DNA of 64,000 bases from Camelus dromedarius. Its lineage: Eukaryota. A model generated the notes under the pieces. The model made no database searches, was not told where the DNA came from, and worked only from the letters and a program-made list of their open reading frames with translations. The stretch is taken from contig NC_087436.1 of assembly GCF_036321535.1 (NCBI RefSeq), positions 59,646,001 to 59,710,000 on the forward strand. The letters run 5' to 3'. The translations under genes were made by a program, and so were the position numbers. Positions 39,315-53,649 of the stretch are shown one piece after another (within the stretch, counting starts at the first letter, position 1; each line of letters opens with the position of its first letter).

Positions 39315-40908
39315 ACAAAGACCTGTATTCTGAAAACTATCGATGCTGACAAGAAACTGAAGATGACAGATGGAAAGATATACCATGTTCTTAGACTGGA
39401 AGAATCAATGTTGTTAGAATGGCCATACTACCCAAGGCAATATACAGATTCAAGGCAATCCCTATCAAATTACCAATGACATTTTTCCCAGATCTGGAGC
39501 AATAAATGCTAAAATTTGTATGAAAACACAGAAGACCCTAAATAGCCAAAACAATCTTGAAAAAAGAATGGAGCTGGGGGAATCATGCTCTCTGACTTCA
39601 GACTATACTACAAAGCCACAGTAATCAAAACCAGTATGGTACTGGCACAAAAAGACACACCATCAATGGAACAGGATAGAAAGCCCAGAAATAAACCCAC
39701 ACACTTATTGTCAATTAATCTACAGCAAAGGAGGCAAGAATATACAATGGAGAAAAGACAATCTCTTCAATTAAGTGGTGCTGGGAAATCTGGACAGATA
39801 CTTGTAACTGTTCTGAACTGAAATTAGAACATTCTCTAATACCATATACACAAATAAACTCTAAATGGATTAAAGACTTAAATATAAGACCAGATACTAT
39901 AAAACTCCTAGAGGAAAACATAGGCAGAACACTCTTGGACAGAAATCACAGCAATGTATATTTTGAACCAGCTCCTGGAGTAATGAAATAAAAGCAAAGA
40001 GAGATAAATAGGATCTAATGAAACTTAAGCTGTTGCACAACTAAGGATACCATCAATAAAATGAAAAGACAACCTACACAATGGGAGAAAATATTTGCAA
40101 ATGATGTGACTGACAAGGGACTAATTTCCAAAATATACAAACAGCTAATACACACCGAAATATCAAAAGAAACAAGCAACGCAAGCCAAAAAATGGTAGA
40201 AGACCTAAACAAGCCATTCTCCAATGTAGACATACAAATGGCCAAGATTCACATAAAAAAATGCTCCGCATCACTAATTGTCAAGAGAAATGCATATCAA
40301 AACTACAATGAGATATCCTCTCACACCAGTCAGAATAGCCATTAAAAAGTCTACAAACAATAGATGCTGGAGAGGGTGTGGAGAAAAGGCAACCTTCCTA
40401 CACTGTTGATGGGAATGTAGATTGGTGCAGCCACTGTGGAGGACAGTATGGAGGGTCCCCTAAAAACTAAAAATAGACTTACCATATGATCCAGCAATTC
40501 CACTCCTGGGCATAAACCCGAAGAAAAATAAAATTCAAGAACACACATGCACCCCCAAGTTCACAGCAGCACTATTTACAATAGCCAAGACAGGGAAACA
40601 ATCCGAATTTCCATCAACAGACGACTAGATACAGAAGATGTGGTATATATGTACAATGGAATACCACTCAGCCCTAAAAAAAAAATGCCATTTGCAGCAA
40701 CATGGATGGATCTGGGGATCATCATTCTAAGTGAAGTAAGCCAGAAAGAAAACAAAAAATTCCATATATCGCTTATATATGGAATTAAAAAAAAAAAGAC
40801 ACAAATGAACTTATCTACAAAACAAACAGGCTCGCAGACAGAGAACAAACTTACGGTTACCAGTGATTAAAGGAGGTGGGAAGAGATAAATTGTGAACTC
40901 GAAAATTA
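39315..40908 (+). mobile_element. L1 copy A: ORF2 3' portion and partial 3' UTR, lacking its own terminus and poly-A
   Basis: ORF2 peptides [16 protein letters not shown] and [29 protein letters not shown], with many frameshifts; the match stops at gataaattgtgaactcgaaaattac. Confidence 0.92.
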
Positions 40909-40909
40909 C

Positions 40910-41057
40910 ACCTCTTGGGGAGTGATGGAAATGTTACCTATCTTGATTGTGGTAGTGGTTTCACTGGTGTATACATCTATCAAAATTCATCAATGTACAT
41001 TTGAAATATGTGTAGTTTACTGTACAGGAACCATACCACAGTTAAAGGTGTTAAAAA
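40910..41057 (+). mobile_element. 3' terminus of an older L1M (L1MC/MD/ME-type)
   Basis: gggagtgatggaaatgttacctatcttgattgtggtagtggtttcactggtgtatacatctatcaaaattcatcaa. Confidence 0.75.
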
Positions 41058-42612
41058 ATATTTGTATGGAAACATAAAAGATCTCAAATAGTCAAAACAA
41101 TCTTGAGGAAGAACAAAGCTGGAGGAATCTTGCTCCCTGAATTTAGACTATACTGCAAAGATACAGTAATCAAAACAGTATGGTACTGGCACAGAAATAG
41201 ATACATAGATCAATGGAACAAGATAGAAAGCCCAGAAAAAAATTCACACTTATGGTCAATCTACAACAAAGAGAGCAAGATTATACAATGGAGAAAAGAC
41301 TGTCTCTTCAATAAGTGGTGCTGGGAAAAAACTGGACAGTTACATGTAAAAGAATGAAACTAGAACATTCTCTAACATCATATACAAAAATGAACTCAAA
41401 ATAAATTCAAGACCTAAATTTAAGACTGGATACTTTAAAACTCTTAGAAGAAAACATAGGGAGAACACTCTTTGACATAAATCACAGCAATTTTATTTGG
41501 ATCAGTCCCCTAGAGTAATGGAAAAAAAAAGCCAAAAATAAATGGGACCTAACTTAAAAGCTTTTGCACAGCAAAAGAAACCATAAACAAAATGAAAAGA
41601 CAAACTATGGAATAGGAGAAAATATTTGCAAACAATGTGATTGACAAGGGGTTAATTTCTAAACTATACAAACAGCTCATACAGCTCATCAAAAAAAAAA
41701 AAAAATCAAAAAATGGACAAAAGATCTAAACAGACATTTCTCTAAAGAAGACATACAGATGGCCAAGAAGCAAATGAAGATGCTTAACGTAACTAATTAG
41801 AGAAAGACTACAGTGATATATCGCTTCACACCAGTCACAGTGGCCATCATGAAAAAGTCAACAAATAATAAGTGCTGGAAAGGGTGTGGAGAAAAAAGAA
41901 CCCTCCTACAGTGTAGGTGGCAATGTAAATTGGTGCAGCCACTATGGAGAACAGTAGGGAGATTCCTTTAAAAAACTGAAAACAGAGTTACCACATAATC
42001 CAGCCATGCCACTCCTGGGCATTTATCCAGAGAAAACTTTAATTCTAAAAGATACATGTACCCCCAATGTTCCCAACAGCACTATTTACAATAGCCAAGA
42101 CAATGGAAACAACCTAAGTGTCCATCAACAGATGAATGGATAAAGAAGTAATATATATACATATACAATGGAATATTACTCAGCCATAAAAATGAAATAA
42201 TGCCATTTGCAGCAATGAGGATGGATCTAGAGATTATCATATTAAGTGAAGTAATTCAGACAGAGGAAGACAAATATGTCACTTACGTTGGAATCTAAAA
42301 AATGATACAAATGAACTTATTTACAAACTGGAAATAGACTCACAGACATAGAAAACAAACTATGGTTACCAAAGGAGGAAGTGGGGCAGGGGGGAGGGGA
42401 GAATAAATTAGGGATTTAGGATTAATATATATGCACTACTATATACAAAACAGACAAAAAACAAGGACCTACTGCATAGCACAGGGAACTATATTCAGTA
42501 TCTTGTAATAAGTTAGAAAAGAATCTGAAAAAGAATAGATGTATAACTGAATCACTTTGCTGTACACCTAAAACTAATACAACATTGTAAATCAACTATA
42601 CTTCAATAAAAA
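41058..42612 (+). mobile_element. L1 copy B: ORF2 3' portion and complete 3' UTR
   Basis: [44 protein letters not shown]; ends tgtaaatcaactatacttcaataaaa. Confidence 0.93.
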
Positions 42613-43009
42613 TGTCACTTCTCAGTTTTAAATGAGTGGGGTAAGTATAATTCTATAGCTGCATGTCATAACACCTGAACATTAATCATTACCCATGATA
42701 ATATTGTTTTATTGCTTTGGAAATCTGTTCATTAAAGTCTAAGTACAAACCCTTCAGGGACTAATTTAAATACACATTACATCCCTCAGTGCTTAGCGTT
42801 TAGATTTCCAATTTAGTTCAAATTTTGTAACTTCTCATATCATTAGTAGACAACTGTGAATTTAATAAATCTGAAATTCCTAAGATTTTGTTTTTTTCCT
42901 TCTGAAAAATCTAATTTCTTTTAAAATTTCATCCTCCTGAATTATTTTTGAACTTTATATCCTGTTTATTTCATGAATGGCACACATTCCAATTAAAAAA
43001 TATTTATTA

Positions 43010-43970
43010 TTCTTATTTTGTAATTGTTTATGACTCATACACCATAAAATTCACCCTTTCAAAGTTCAGTGGATTTTACTATAGAGTTATACAACCATCA
43101 TCATCTGGAATAGGTAATTTCAGAACATTTTCCTCATCCTGAAGAAACACTCCATTCTATCAGCTGTATTCTCCATCCCTGCATCCTCTCACAACCACTA
43201 ACCTAAAAATGGATTTGCTTATTCTAGATATTTCATTTAACTGGAATAACACAATATATGGCCTTTTGTGCCTGCCTTCTTTCACTTAGCTGTTTCATGT
43301 TTCATCCATGCTGTAGCATGCATCAGTCCTTCATTACTTTTTATGGCTGTGTAACATTCTACTATATGAATATACCACATTTGTCTATCCATTCTTCAGC
43401 TGATGGACAATTGGGTTAATTCCACTTTGGGTTATTATAACTAATGTTGCTATGAACACTGGTTTTTGGTTGATACGCATTTTCAACTCTCTTGGGTATA
43501 TAATTAGGAGATTACTGGCTCACATGGCAATTGCATACTTAATTTTCAAAAACTGTCAAACCGTTTCTGAACTGTTGTACCATTTTTCAACTGTATGAGA
43601 ATGCTAATTTCTCTACATCCTTGTCAATATTTAATTATCTATCCTTTTTTTTAAATATAACACTCTAGTGGGTGTCAAGTGGTATCTCTTTGTGGTTTTG
43701 GTTTGCATTTCCCTAATGACTAATGATGGCGAGCATTATTTTCATATGCTTATTGGCCATTTGTATGCCCTCTATTGAGAAATATGTATTCAAATCCTTT
43801 GCTCATTTTAAAATCGGGTTCTCTTATTATTGAATTGTAAGATTTCTTTATATATTCCAGATACAAGTCCCTTATCAGATGTATGATTTGCAAATATTTT
43901 CTCTCCTACAGTGGGTTATCTTTTCACTTTCTTGACAGTACTCAAAGCATAAAACTTAATTTTGATGCAA
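43010..43970 (-). mobile_element. L1MB-type LINE 3' region
   Basis: cataaaattcacccttt...aatttcagaacattttcctcatcc...gtggttttggtttgcatttccctaatgactaatgatgg...tccagatacaagtcccttatcagatgtatgatttgcaaatattttctc. Confidence 0.85.
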
Positions 43971-45624
43971 AGTTTCACATTTTCTTGCCTCAAACCCACT
44001 GTAGCATTTATTATTCAAATTCAATACAGTTTGATTACAAACATAACACATTTTAAAATACAAATACCGTAGCGAAGTCTTTCACTATTTGAGGACTAAA
44101 CCATGTATATGAAATAAAATCTATGTTAAAAATAATTATACGTTCATTTCAACAATAACAAAGATAGAATGTCATTTCAGTCTACTTTCTAATCTGATAA
44201 CAACTTAAGTAAGTACAGATTCTAAAAAGCAACATTAAACAGAAGTTTAGAATTGGTACTCTAACTCAATCTATTGCTGCATTTTATATGAAATAAAATT
44301 TATACCACATAATATGGAACAGAAAAATGATTTGAGAACTGCTGCAAAGAACAGTTACATGAACCGGAACGTGAGGGAGAAAAATAAAATTGAAGCTCAA
44401 ATTTTATGAAAAATACTCAATTATTGTTTTGAATAGCATGAAAACAATCATATAAACAAGTCTCAAGGAACAAAATTTAATATAAATTCTGATTATTTAC
44501 ATGAACCAGTAATCTATAAAATTTACCTCAGTCTTTTATGGATGATAAAGTTACATCTGAAAAAGGAGCCTTTTCCTCCACAAAAAACGGATAAAGATAT
44601 GTAGTCAATGTACTTTTTAAAATTTTCACTTACAATGAATCTACTATAATATTTTCTTCACAATGTGAAATTTGTTAAAAATGGCTAAATTATATTTTCA
44701 TACCTTTTTCCCAAGAGACTGAAATTATACTGGAGATTATGGGAAAGAGAAATTAAGTGAATTCTGTTGAGTCACAAAAATTGTATGTAATGGATGGGAC
44801 TAGACCTGGTCGAATAGTCTGTGTGCTGTGTCATATGAATTTTTCCTGGTTACTTGTCACTGCTGCCACTTCAAACATTAAACTAGTAAAATTAAACATT
44901 CACTCTTCATTTGCAACTTTCTCTTTAAGGCCTAAATGTCAAGTGAGTCCCACAACTTTATGAAAACCATGGATATATTCCAAAATTTCTTTTCATTTGT
45001 CAGCTATTTCCCAAGATCTGTATGTAGATGCCTTTTCCTCCTAATACGACAAATACACTTTCTTGCAGCTTTTCTTCCTTCCCTTCTCCCCCTTTCTTCC
45101 TTCCATCCACAGCAGAAAAGGAAGATAACCAAATGTATAGGACAGAATATTTCCTAAGAAAAATGTATCAGATGTATCAATTCTGTAGAGTGCTTCATAG
45201 ATTAAATGCCATAATAACATATTTCTAAATTATATGGTGATATGAGATTATATTCTCTTGCTCCTGCGACTACAGATCTGCTCAAATAAGAAATGCAATT
45301 TTAATGCAATTTTTCCTTACAGATATCACTTTGAAGTGGAAAAATCACTTCAACATGTATTTATTCCATGTATTAATAAGTGAAATGCTACCAACAGCAG
45401 TATCTCTAAATATAGTGTATTTAGTTTCCTTAAAATTACTTAATTTGTGTAAAACATAAACTGAAAATGCTTAACCTATGCATACTCCTACTGAAGTTGT
45501 AGAGTCTCTATGTACAGACTGTCTCACTTTGATCTAAATAGCCATTAGTGTCTGTATCCAGGAGGCAGAAAGCCTGGTGTTCTCTGCCACTGAGCCCTCC
45601 ATTCTTACTTTAGCCATTTATGAA

Positions 45625-45860
45625 AGCCCTTTATTGAGGTTACTATTTATTTCAGCTTTGCTCAGATAATGCAGACAGCTATGTTCAAGAGCACAACAAC
45701 CCTATGAAGCATGAAGAGATACCATTATTTCCATTTTACAGATGGAAACTGAGGAAATAGAGATAAAATTACCTAGAGTTGCAAGCTATTAACCAATATA
45801 AATTAGAAATAGGGCTAGATTTAACACTCTTGCTAATTCAGAATTCTCCACCATACTGCA
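45625..45860 (-). mobile_element. MIR SINE
   Basis: cacaacaaccctatgaag...attatttccattttacagatggaaactgagg. Confidence 0.75.
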
Positions 45861-48800
45861 TTTAGATCTAGGAATATGGTTATTTCCCTAATTATAGTAT
45901 GTTATAAAACATGACATGGTACCCCAGAAGAATAAATAAACTTAATATACTTTATTCTCCACAGAACTCATCCTGTCACATTCATTTTTGAAATTTCAAA
46001 ATCATTTTATATGTTGTTAAAGAGAACCTATAAGTTAAAGACTTTAAAGTTTAAATGTAATTTTAAGCATTTTAAAGGATTTCTATTTTATTTTCCAGAT
46101 ATTAAATTCTCTTGTAAAATAGTCTTGCAAACTAGTAACTGCAACAATGACATTTCTAAGTAAACCAAATGCATTGGAAATTAGAAATCAGCATTAGTTA
46201 ATTCAAACAAAACACAACAAAGAAGTTCTAATGTGGCTAATCAGCAAGGAGCAGTATTTTAGAATTAACATTAGAGAAATAAAGAGGAAATAATCAAATT
46301 TAGTTGGACATATACCGAATTAATATTTTGCATAGGTTATGTAATTTAATTTGAAAAGTATCATTATGAGTGACAAATGTAATGATCATGTTTTGTCTTT
46401 TCTCTACATTCATTGGCTGTTGCTTATCATAGTTCCTACATAAATCAACTGCTAAAAAATGTTGAATTAATCAATATGATATTATTTATATCATAGATGA
46501 AGATGAGGCAAAAAGCAGACAAATATTTAAACATCACATCAAATAAGTATGTTTCTACTGACTCCAAACACATTGCCTTTCTCTTCACATAAAGTGTTTC
46601 GAAATAACTGTTTATTTCAAGATCTGGAGTTTGTAAATAGACATCTATCGATAGTGAAGCATAAAGATAATACTCAGTTAATAAATATCTCTAAGAGAAA
46701 AAGAATAATTTTTCTAACATTTTAGGATTAGAAAGCTGGTAGAAAAATAATTTTAAGTAAAAGTTATTTAAGCATTCTCTGAATAATGATAACATAGAAA
46801 AATGCTAAAAAGTGTTCAAAGTGGAAACCAGTTAATATTTCATATCCAAATTTGTTTTCCAGACTTTTCCTTTTGCCTTAATTCTTGCTAGAGTAAATGA
46901 TATAAACAAAATATTTATTTTTAATAGTTCTGCATTCATGCCAGAAGCTAGGCTTATTCCAAAAATTAAAATTAAAAACATTAATTGATTGGGCAGATAA
47001 GTAGTGGAGTTCCCAAATGATGCTTTGTCCCTTGTCCTCAGTAAGGATACAGTGGGCAGGAACAGTGGTAAAAAGTAACATGGTACCATGAGATCTCAAG
47101 GGAAAGAAAGCAAAAGTAATAATCCTAGAGATAACAGTAACATCCCCAAAATGAACATCACAATTTTTAAATAACAAATCTGAATGTTCCTATTTAGCCA
47201 TCAGAAAAGGGGTAAAGAGGCTGCCTTCACATGCACAACCGAGTGTGGGAGAGGAAGCACCCCTAGGAAAGAGGGCTTAAAGGACAGAACAAGCTGAGTC
47301 CTTGGCCCATATGTTCATCAAGAGAACTCAGAGAACTCAGGACACTGTTCTAGGCTGAAACACTGGAGCGGACCTTTAAAAAATCTTGCTGTAATTCTCT
47401 GGCAGTGAGAAACACAAGTCTGCCTAAAATAGAACAGCAATGTAAACAGTGACCTTATGCACAGAGAGGATAATTGTTGATGATATAATGTGAGTGATAA
47501 CAAAGCAACAATGCTTGAAATCGTCCCTTTTAGAGTCTGAGTCAAACAACTACTTCGAATAAATCTAGTCTCCAATTCCAGCATGGAAGATGCACTTTCT
47601 AGCACACTCCCTTTAGGCTTTGTGTTCCAGCCAAACTGGTTTATTTCAGATTCCCTAACATCCTGAATGTCAGCTGACACTATTAACCCAAAATCAATCT
47701 TCTCATCATGTAACTCAAGACTGTCCTCTCCTAATATCCTAATTAAATCCCAACATACCATGAAGTATTTCATAACCAACAGATTGGGAAATCAGCTACG
47801 ATTTCTGTAGGAATTTATCTCCAGTTCACTGAAGAGTGAAGTATGTATCAGGAGCTCACTATATATTTGTTAAGCTGAAGTAAATATTTTAAATTCAGTG
47901 AGGACAGAAGCTATACTATGCACTTTTCTGTACTCTCCTTTTGAAAGCGGGTGCAGATAGTGCTAAAAAAATCTCATAGATGGATGGGCTTCTTACTGAT
48001 TTGTGTAAGTGGAATAAGTGGACTTCATCTCTTCCTTGCCACGGTTTATTATACTCTTCTTTGGATTTCATTAGCAAATACATTTTCCCTAAGCCAATTT
48101 GAATTAGCCTTATCTCAACAACCATAAAAGTCATACTAATGCAGAGACTGACATTTGTGAAGTGTAAAGTAAAATACAAGAACTTAGAAAGAGTAGGTAT
48201 CATTCCTCAGAACTATCCAAAGTATTCTTTCAAACACTTTTACTTTGAACCAATACATTCATTTCCCAGTTGTTTTCATTTTAATACATAAGATCTTTAC
48301 TTCATGAAATATGATCTTTATAGGTATTGGCTTATGTAGCTAAAAAGGTGTTTTCAGAAATAAAGGTTAAAACAAAAGCACAGAGAAAATTCTCAGTGGC
48401 CCTATGAAATGGATCAATAACTTATTGATCAGAAATAATTCATTCTTGGCTTAAATGTTAAATTGGATTTTTAATTATGATTTTGTTTACACTTACATCT
48501 TGTCTGATTTTCTTGGACTTATTAATTAGTAAAACAAATTACAGAAGCACTGCTTTGGTTCACTGAGTTCATTTTTTTCCCTAAGATTTGTTATTTTCAA
48601 ATTCTTGAAAATGAAGGCTGTATTAGGAAAAAATGATCATCTCTGAGACATACTGTGTTTTACGAAAATCGTCCATTCTAAGCATCAATTTTCCTTCTTT
48701 GCTACATCAAAAAAAAAAAAAAAGTTAACCTTACAGAGAAGTTGCCAGTAAAGTGGCACGTTATGAACAGAGGTAGGAGAAGGACCTCAAATTTTTGTTT

Positions 48801-49259
48801 TTTTCTGTTGCTATTGTTCTGACTCTGTATGTGATAAAAATCTGGGACTTTTATTTTATGCTATCTATTTGCATTGTTTCTTGTTCCTGCCCAAAGCCAT
48901 CCTAAATCTCTGCACAACTACAGGTGTTTGATCTTGAAAGCAGTTTAGGGTCTCTCTCAAATCATGAGCCCTTGGGGCAAATAACTACATCTGCCAGAAA
49001 CCAAAGAGAGCTTTAAACCTTCCTATCCGTGAATTGCTCTACAGTAAGAGCAGGGTTGTTTTCTGTTTTCTGTTTTGGTACATAAAGTCTTAGCGTATTA
49101 TTCTGCAAGACACATATAGTTAAATTAAAGCAAAGATAATTACTTATTCCTAACAGGATTTTGTGCAAGTTGTCAACTGTCTCAGGTTCAAATTTACCCT
49201 TCATTGTCTGTTGTACAAAAAATTGGGTTGGAACATTAAGTATTCTTCCTTTGGCAGCA

Positions 49260-49896
49260 AGCACAATGTTACACTTTATCAGTAGAAGGTGCTAGAGTAA
49301 CATTGCAGGGAAAAGTGTTTTCCTTCCTGATTCCAACGGGTTCTTTCAACAGGCTTGTGTCATGTGAGTAGCTGGATGCTTTAGAAACTTTCTAAACTCC
49401 AGGAGCATCCAGCTTTTCCAGCACCGTGGTTTCCCCACTGCCCATGACCCCCAGCACATGAAAGCTAGTAGAATTCAGTGGTAGGAAAATTTCCCCAGCA
49501 ATCTTCTCAGGTAGTCTTGAAGAGTACCTCCACCAAGATACTCCCCGTGAACAGCATTCCCCAGCACTCTACAGGGTAGAGTTCCTGCAAGTACCAGAGG
49601 GCCAGCTTCCAGGAAATGCTGCCAGTGAAGAATCTTGATGACGACTCTACCATTCAGTCAGCCACAGCTGTGCTCAACCTGAGGGTGGGTGGACTCCTAT
49701 GTGTTTCCTGTATCTCAGTCTCAGGAAGAGCGGTTGCTCTGTATAGCTGATATTTCTTGCATATTTTAGAGTTCTTTTATGTACTAGCTAATGCTGCATA
49801 ACCTGAAACTGCTAATACAGTTAGTAATTCTTTACATAAACTTCTGTTCAAATTATTATATGATGCCTGTCTATTGACAGGACCATGACTGATCCA
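49260..49896 (+). mobile_element. ERVL-type solo LTR (LTR41/LTR52-like)
   Basis: cagtagaaggtgctagag near the start; end region agttagtaattctttacataaacttctgttcaaatta...gaccatgactgatcca resembles this group's ...ggaccctgactgataca terminus. The left boundary is uncertain. Confidence 0.6.
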
Positions 49897-50942
49897 GTCT
49901 TTCACAGAAGATTTGATGAAATTGATTTGTATGTTAAAGAATAAAATAAATTTCTGAATGTTTTGGAGAAAGGAAGCTAGGCAAATCAAGAGGGAGGAAA
50001 AAGTATTAGTGCACAGAAAGGCAGGCCACATAGTCATGTACAATTATTAGGTGGGCTGCAGATTTAAGCTGGCGATTAAAATTTTAAATAAAACATTTAA
50101 GATTCACCGTGCCCCAAAGTTAAAGAGCAATCTAATTCAGTGGGTAAATGGAATAATGGTAAATATCAAATCAGAGGAAAAAGAAGCTCTTTAAATAGTC
50201 AAAAAAACATACAAGTGCATAGATTCTTATGGGCTGAACTGGGTCAAGGGTAAATTCTGATCATTTAGAGGACTGGACAGACTTCCATGTAATTCAGGTA
50301 AGGCTCCATAAGTGCAATTAACAAAACGATTGGCAAATAAAGCTCAAAGTGCTCATTCTTGGTAAGAATTTACAATTCCAGTTCTATTTTTTCAATTACA
50401 GGTAGACTCTCGAGGATTTCAAGTATGTGCCCATAGAATTCCTTTGAGTTTTGCCTTTTACTTACTCCAGAGTTTGCTCCTCTGAGATCTTGTCCAGAAG
50501 TATTTATCATATTGATAAAAAGGCCATGCATATGGACCGTAAAACATTATCATCTGTTAATACCATTATTAGGTCTTTTGCTAGGCATTAATTCAGAGGA
50601 GCAAGGATGAGTTTTGAGTAAATTAAGACAACTTTGACAAGCTTGCACATCTAAATGATGGCTAGAAAAGATTTTGGAATTTTGAAACATTGTCAAACTT
50701 GAAGAAAAGGAATTTCACTCACTGTGTATCTTAGAAGAAAATTTACTTCAATTTTCATTACCCTTTTATACTTTTTAAATATTCCCCCTACTGCTGCCTA
50801 TACTTAGGATCACTATAACTTCCAGCCTTAATTTACATGTAAGTGACTTAAGTGCCATTTTACACGGAACTGATGTATATTTCCCTCACTGTTGCTATGC
50901 ACTCACCTTTAGAGTCACCAGTTCCTGCTGCCTCACATAGTA

Positions 50943-51146
50943 CAGCTAACTCTTGAACATCAGAGGTTGGGGTTGCTGATTCCCCTGTGAAAACCCATAC
51001 ATTACGCTCCATTTGGCCCTCCATATCTGCAGTTCTGTATCTGCAGATTCAACCAACCAGGGATCCTGTAGTATATATTTACTGAAAAAGTACCGCATAT
51101 AAGCGGATCCACACAATTCAAAACTGTGTTGTTCAAAGGTCAACTA
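50943..51146. mobile_element. Tigger2a-like TcMar MITE (about 200 bp)
   Basis: Imperfect terminal inverted repeats cagctaactcttgaaca ... tgttcaaaggtcaacta, preceded by TA; internal gcagattcaaccaacc and cgcatataagcggatccacacaattcaaa motifs. Confidence 0.8.
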
Positions 51147-51255
51147 TTTACACTTACGAAGTATACAATTATGAGTTATTGATTCCTTTGATTGTATAAG
51201 AAAACTTACAAATGCAGTAAAATCTGCCATAAAAAACAGCAATCTACCATAAAAA

Positions 51256-51272
51256 ACACACACACACACACA
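51256..51272. repeat. (CA)n microsatellite
   Basis: Direct observation. Confidence 0.85.
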
Positions 51273-52009
51273 AAACTTCCAATAATCAGAATGGCAAGTG
51301 TTTCTCTTACCTAATTATGACACGACTATCACATACTAAATCTAATAAATATATTGTGGGGTATATACATATACTTACATATATTATTTATCAGTGAAGA
51401 TCTAGTAAGTCAAAATAGAAGCTGCATATCTATGGCAGAAACTAAACAACAAATAAAGCAAAACAAAATCTGAAAAAAAAATTATGGAAAGATCCATGAA
51501 AACACTGGATGCCCACAGTGCCCGCTTGATTTGAGTAATAATTTTTATATTTTATAGAATTCTTTCTACTTTCCCCCCCTTTTCCTTGCTTTGTTTTTTT
51601 AACGTATACGTAAGTTTCTATTTAAAATATGTTAAACTAAGAAAGTTAAAGGAAATACCGATGACAAAGATTGAGCCTTGTGAAGCAAATATTATCCTAT
51701 AATAGATGGGGCTACAGAAAGTTTCTAATAGGAAAGATGGAGACCATTCAATGAGAAAAAACTGAAAAATGAGAAATGTAATTAAAATCATTAAAATTTT
51801 AGATTTCATACAGGAAACAGAATGAAAGGCAATAAAAAATATCTCCAGATGATGAAGGAAGTAATTTACAGTGAGGAGGAAAAGTGAGAGATAGAGGAAG
51901 TCTTCTCAGATGCTAAGTGCCAAGTTCGCCCCATCAGAACCAAACAGACACTGTAACGGGCTGTATTAGATGCTCCACTAATGGTGTGCCCACACAGCCC
52001 ATACACACT

Positions 52010-52185
52010 CTGCCCCAACATTCCTCACACTGAATTGAAATAATTTATTTACTAATATATATTTCTATTTCCCACTAGACTATAATGGTTTAAGTACAAG
52101 AATCATCTTATTCTTTTGATTCTTCAATCCTAACAAATATTCAATAAGTCTTGGGGTATGATAATGATTAAACAGATGATTAAAT
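52010..52185 (+). mobile_element. L2 3' end fragment
   Basis: ttcccactagactataa...aagaatcatcttattc...aaatattcaataag. Confidence 0.55.
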
Positions 52186-53649
52186 AAAAGCTCTGTAATA
52201 GCAGTTAAAATATGGGTAATCAATTAAGTTGTGTATTACAAACGTGGGAGTAAGTATCAAAAGGAATAAAGTACCCTATTAGAAAAAATTAAACCAAAAT
52301 AAAACTCAGTAATCATATTATGATAGATAATTCTTTTAGTATTTAAGAGCATATGTAATAAACCTGTGCCCAAAGAATTTCTGTTAAAACAAATTATGTA
52401 ATTTAATATAGTATTATTCATGGGTAAAGGATTCTTTCACATCTAAGAATTAATCAATATCTCTTTTGTTGACATCATAGGAAAGAATTCCTTCATCTCA
52501 GGTCTGACTGTAATGAATTATTTCTGAAAATTTCCTTTGTATTTTATATATTACCATTCTAAAACTTCAAATCTAATAGCTTTTAGCAGTTCGAAAATGA
52601 TATGCTTCAATTATTCTCAGTCTGATCTTGATACAATCTAAATGCCAAAATTAATTTCTCTGATAGGCAAGTTCCAATAACAATGTTAACAGATTCCCAT
52701 AAAAGTAATTCTATTTCAAAGACAGCAAACAGATTCTGTGAGGATAGATGACATACTCCAATTTTTTTTTTTTTTTTTTTTTTACATCTCCTACTGTGGT
52801 AACTGATGCTTTCTTCTCTAAGAGGAAAAAGTTTCACTATCATTCTGAAAGGTTTCCATGCACAAACATACATATTCCTATTCACAACGAGCACACAGCT
52901 ACCTTAAATTTCTTGGTCAATAAAGAAGTCTTCTAAAGGTTATCAGAAACAAAGTGATCCAATGACTTTCAGAAGACATTTGAGATGGTGAACTAATTTT
53001 CCACTTCAAGGTGACTGAAGAATACTTCAGTTTGTTGTAGTATTCAGTGTTCTGTAACTAGACAAAGCTACTTTTCATGCTGAATACTTAGGATCAGTAA
53101 CACTCATAAATAACACCTTTAAATAGGCCTGTAGCACTACGACATGAACTAGTCCACATCTTGTATTGCTGCTTAGAAACGTGTTCCAGAGTGAGGAATT
53201 AAGAGCTGCAAGTATACTGTCACCATTCTGGGTTAATATCTAACTCGAGAAATGGGAAAGCCTCTCATTTTCAATTGAAGAAAGAACATTACACATTATA
53301 GAAATCGGTGTCTTAAGATATTGAAGAAATACTTCTGTTGTTTGGAAATTAAATTAAAAAATAAAAACTAACCAACATATTTCATACTAATCTTGAACTC
53401 AGGGTTTTGCTGTTGTTTGGTCCAGACAATCTTTTACTGCTCATTAAAATTCAAATAAGTCCATTATATTCCAGTTACTGTCATGTATAAGAATATACTT
53501 TAGTTTTAATATAATGAGGAACTCTTAAGATGGCAGTAAGGCCAAAGTAAATATTTTAATTAAGAAATGACTCAATTTTAGGGTGAAAGAAAGGTAAACT
53601 TGTCAGGTAATTTACATTTACATTTTAAACATGTTTAATTTTAATATAT

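Noticed and set aside
39585..41357. Cluster of ORFs suggesting an active retroelement or tandem gene duplication
   Set aside because: They are broken ORF2 pieces of two 5'-truncated L1s with no ORF1, 5' UTR or intact RT, so they are not retrotransposition-competent.
47318..47779. Longest ORF in the track (153 aa, minus strand)
   Set aside because: It has a non-ATG start, no recognisable domain and no convincing flanking splice sites; this length is attainable by chance in 64 kb.
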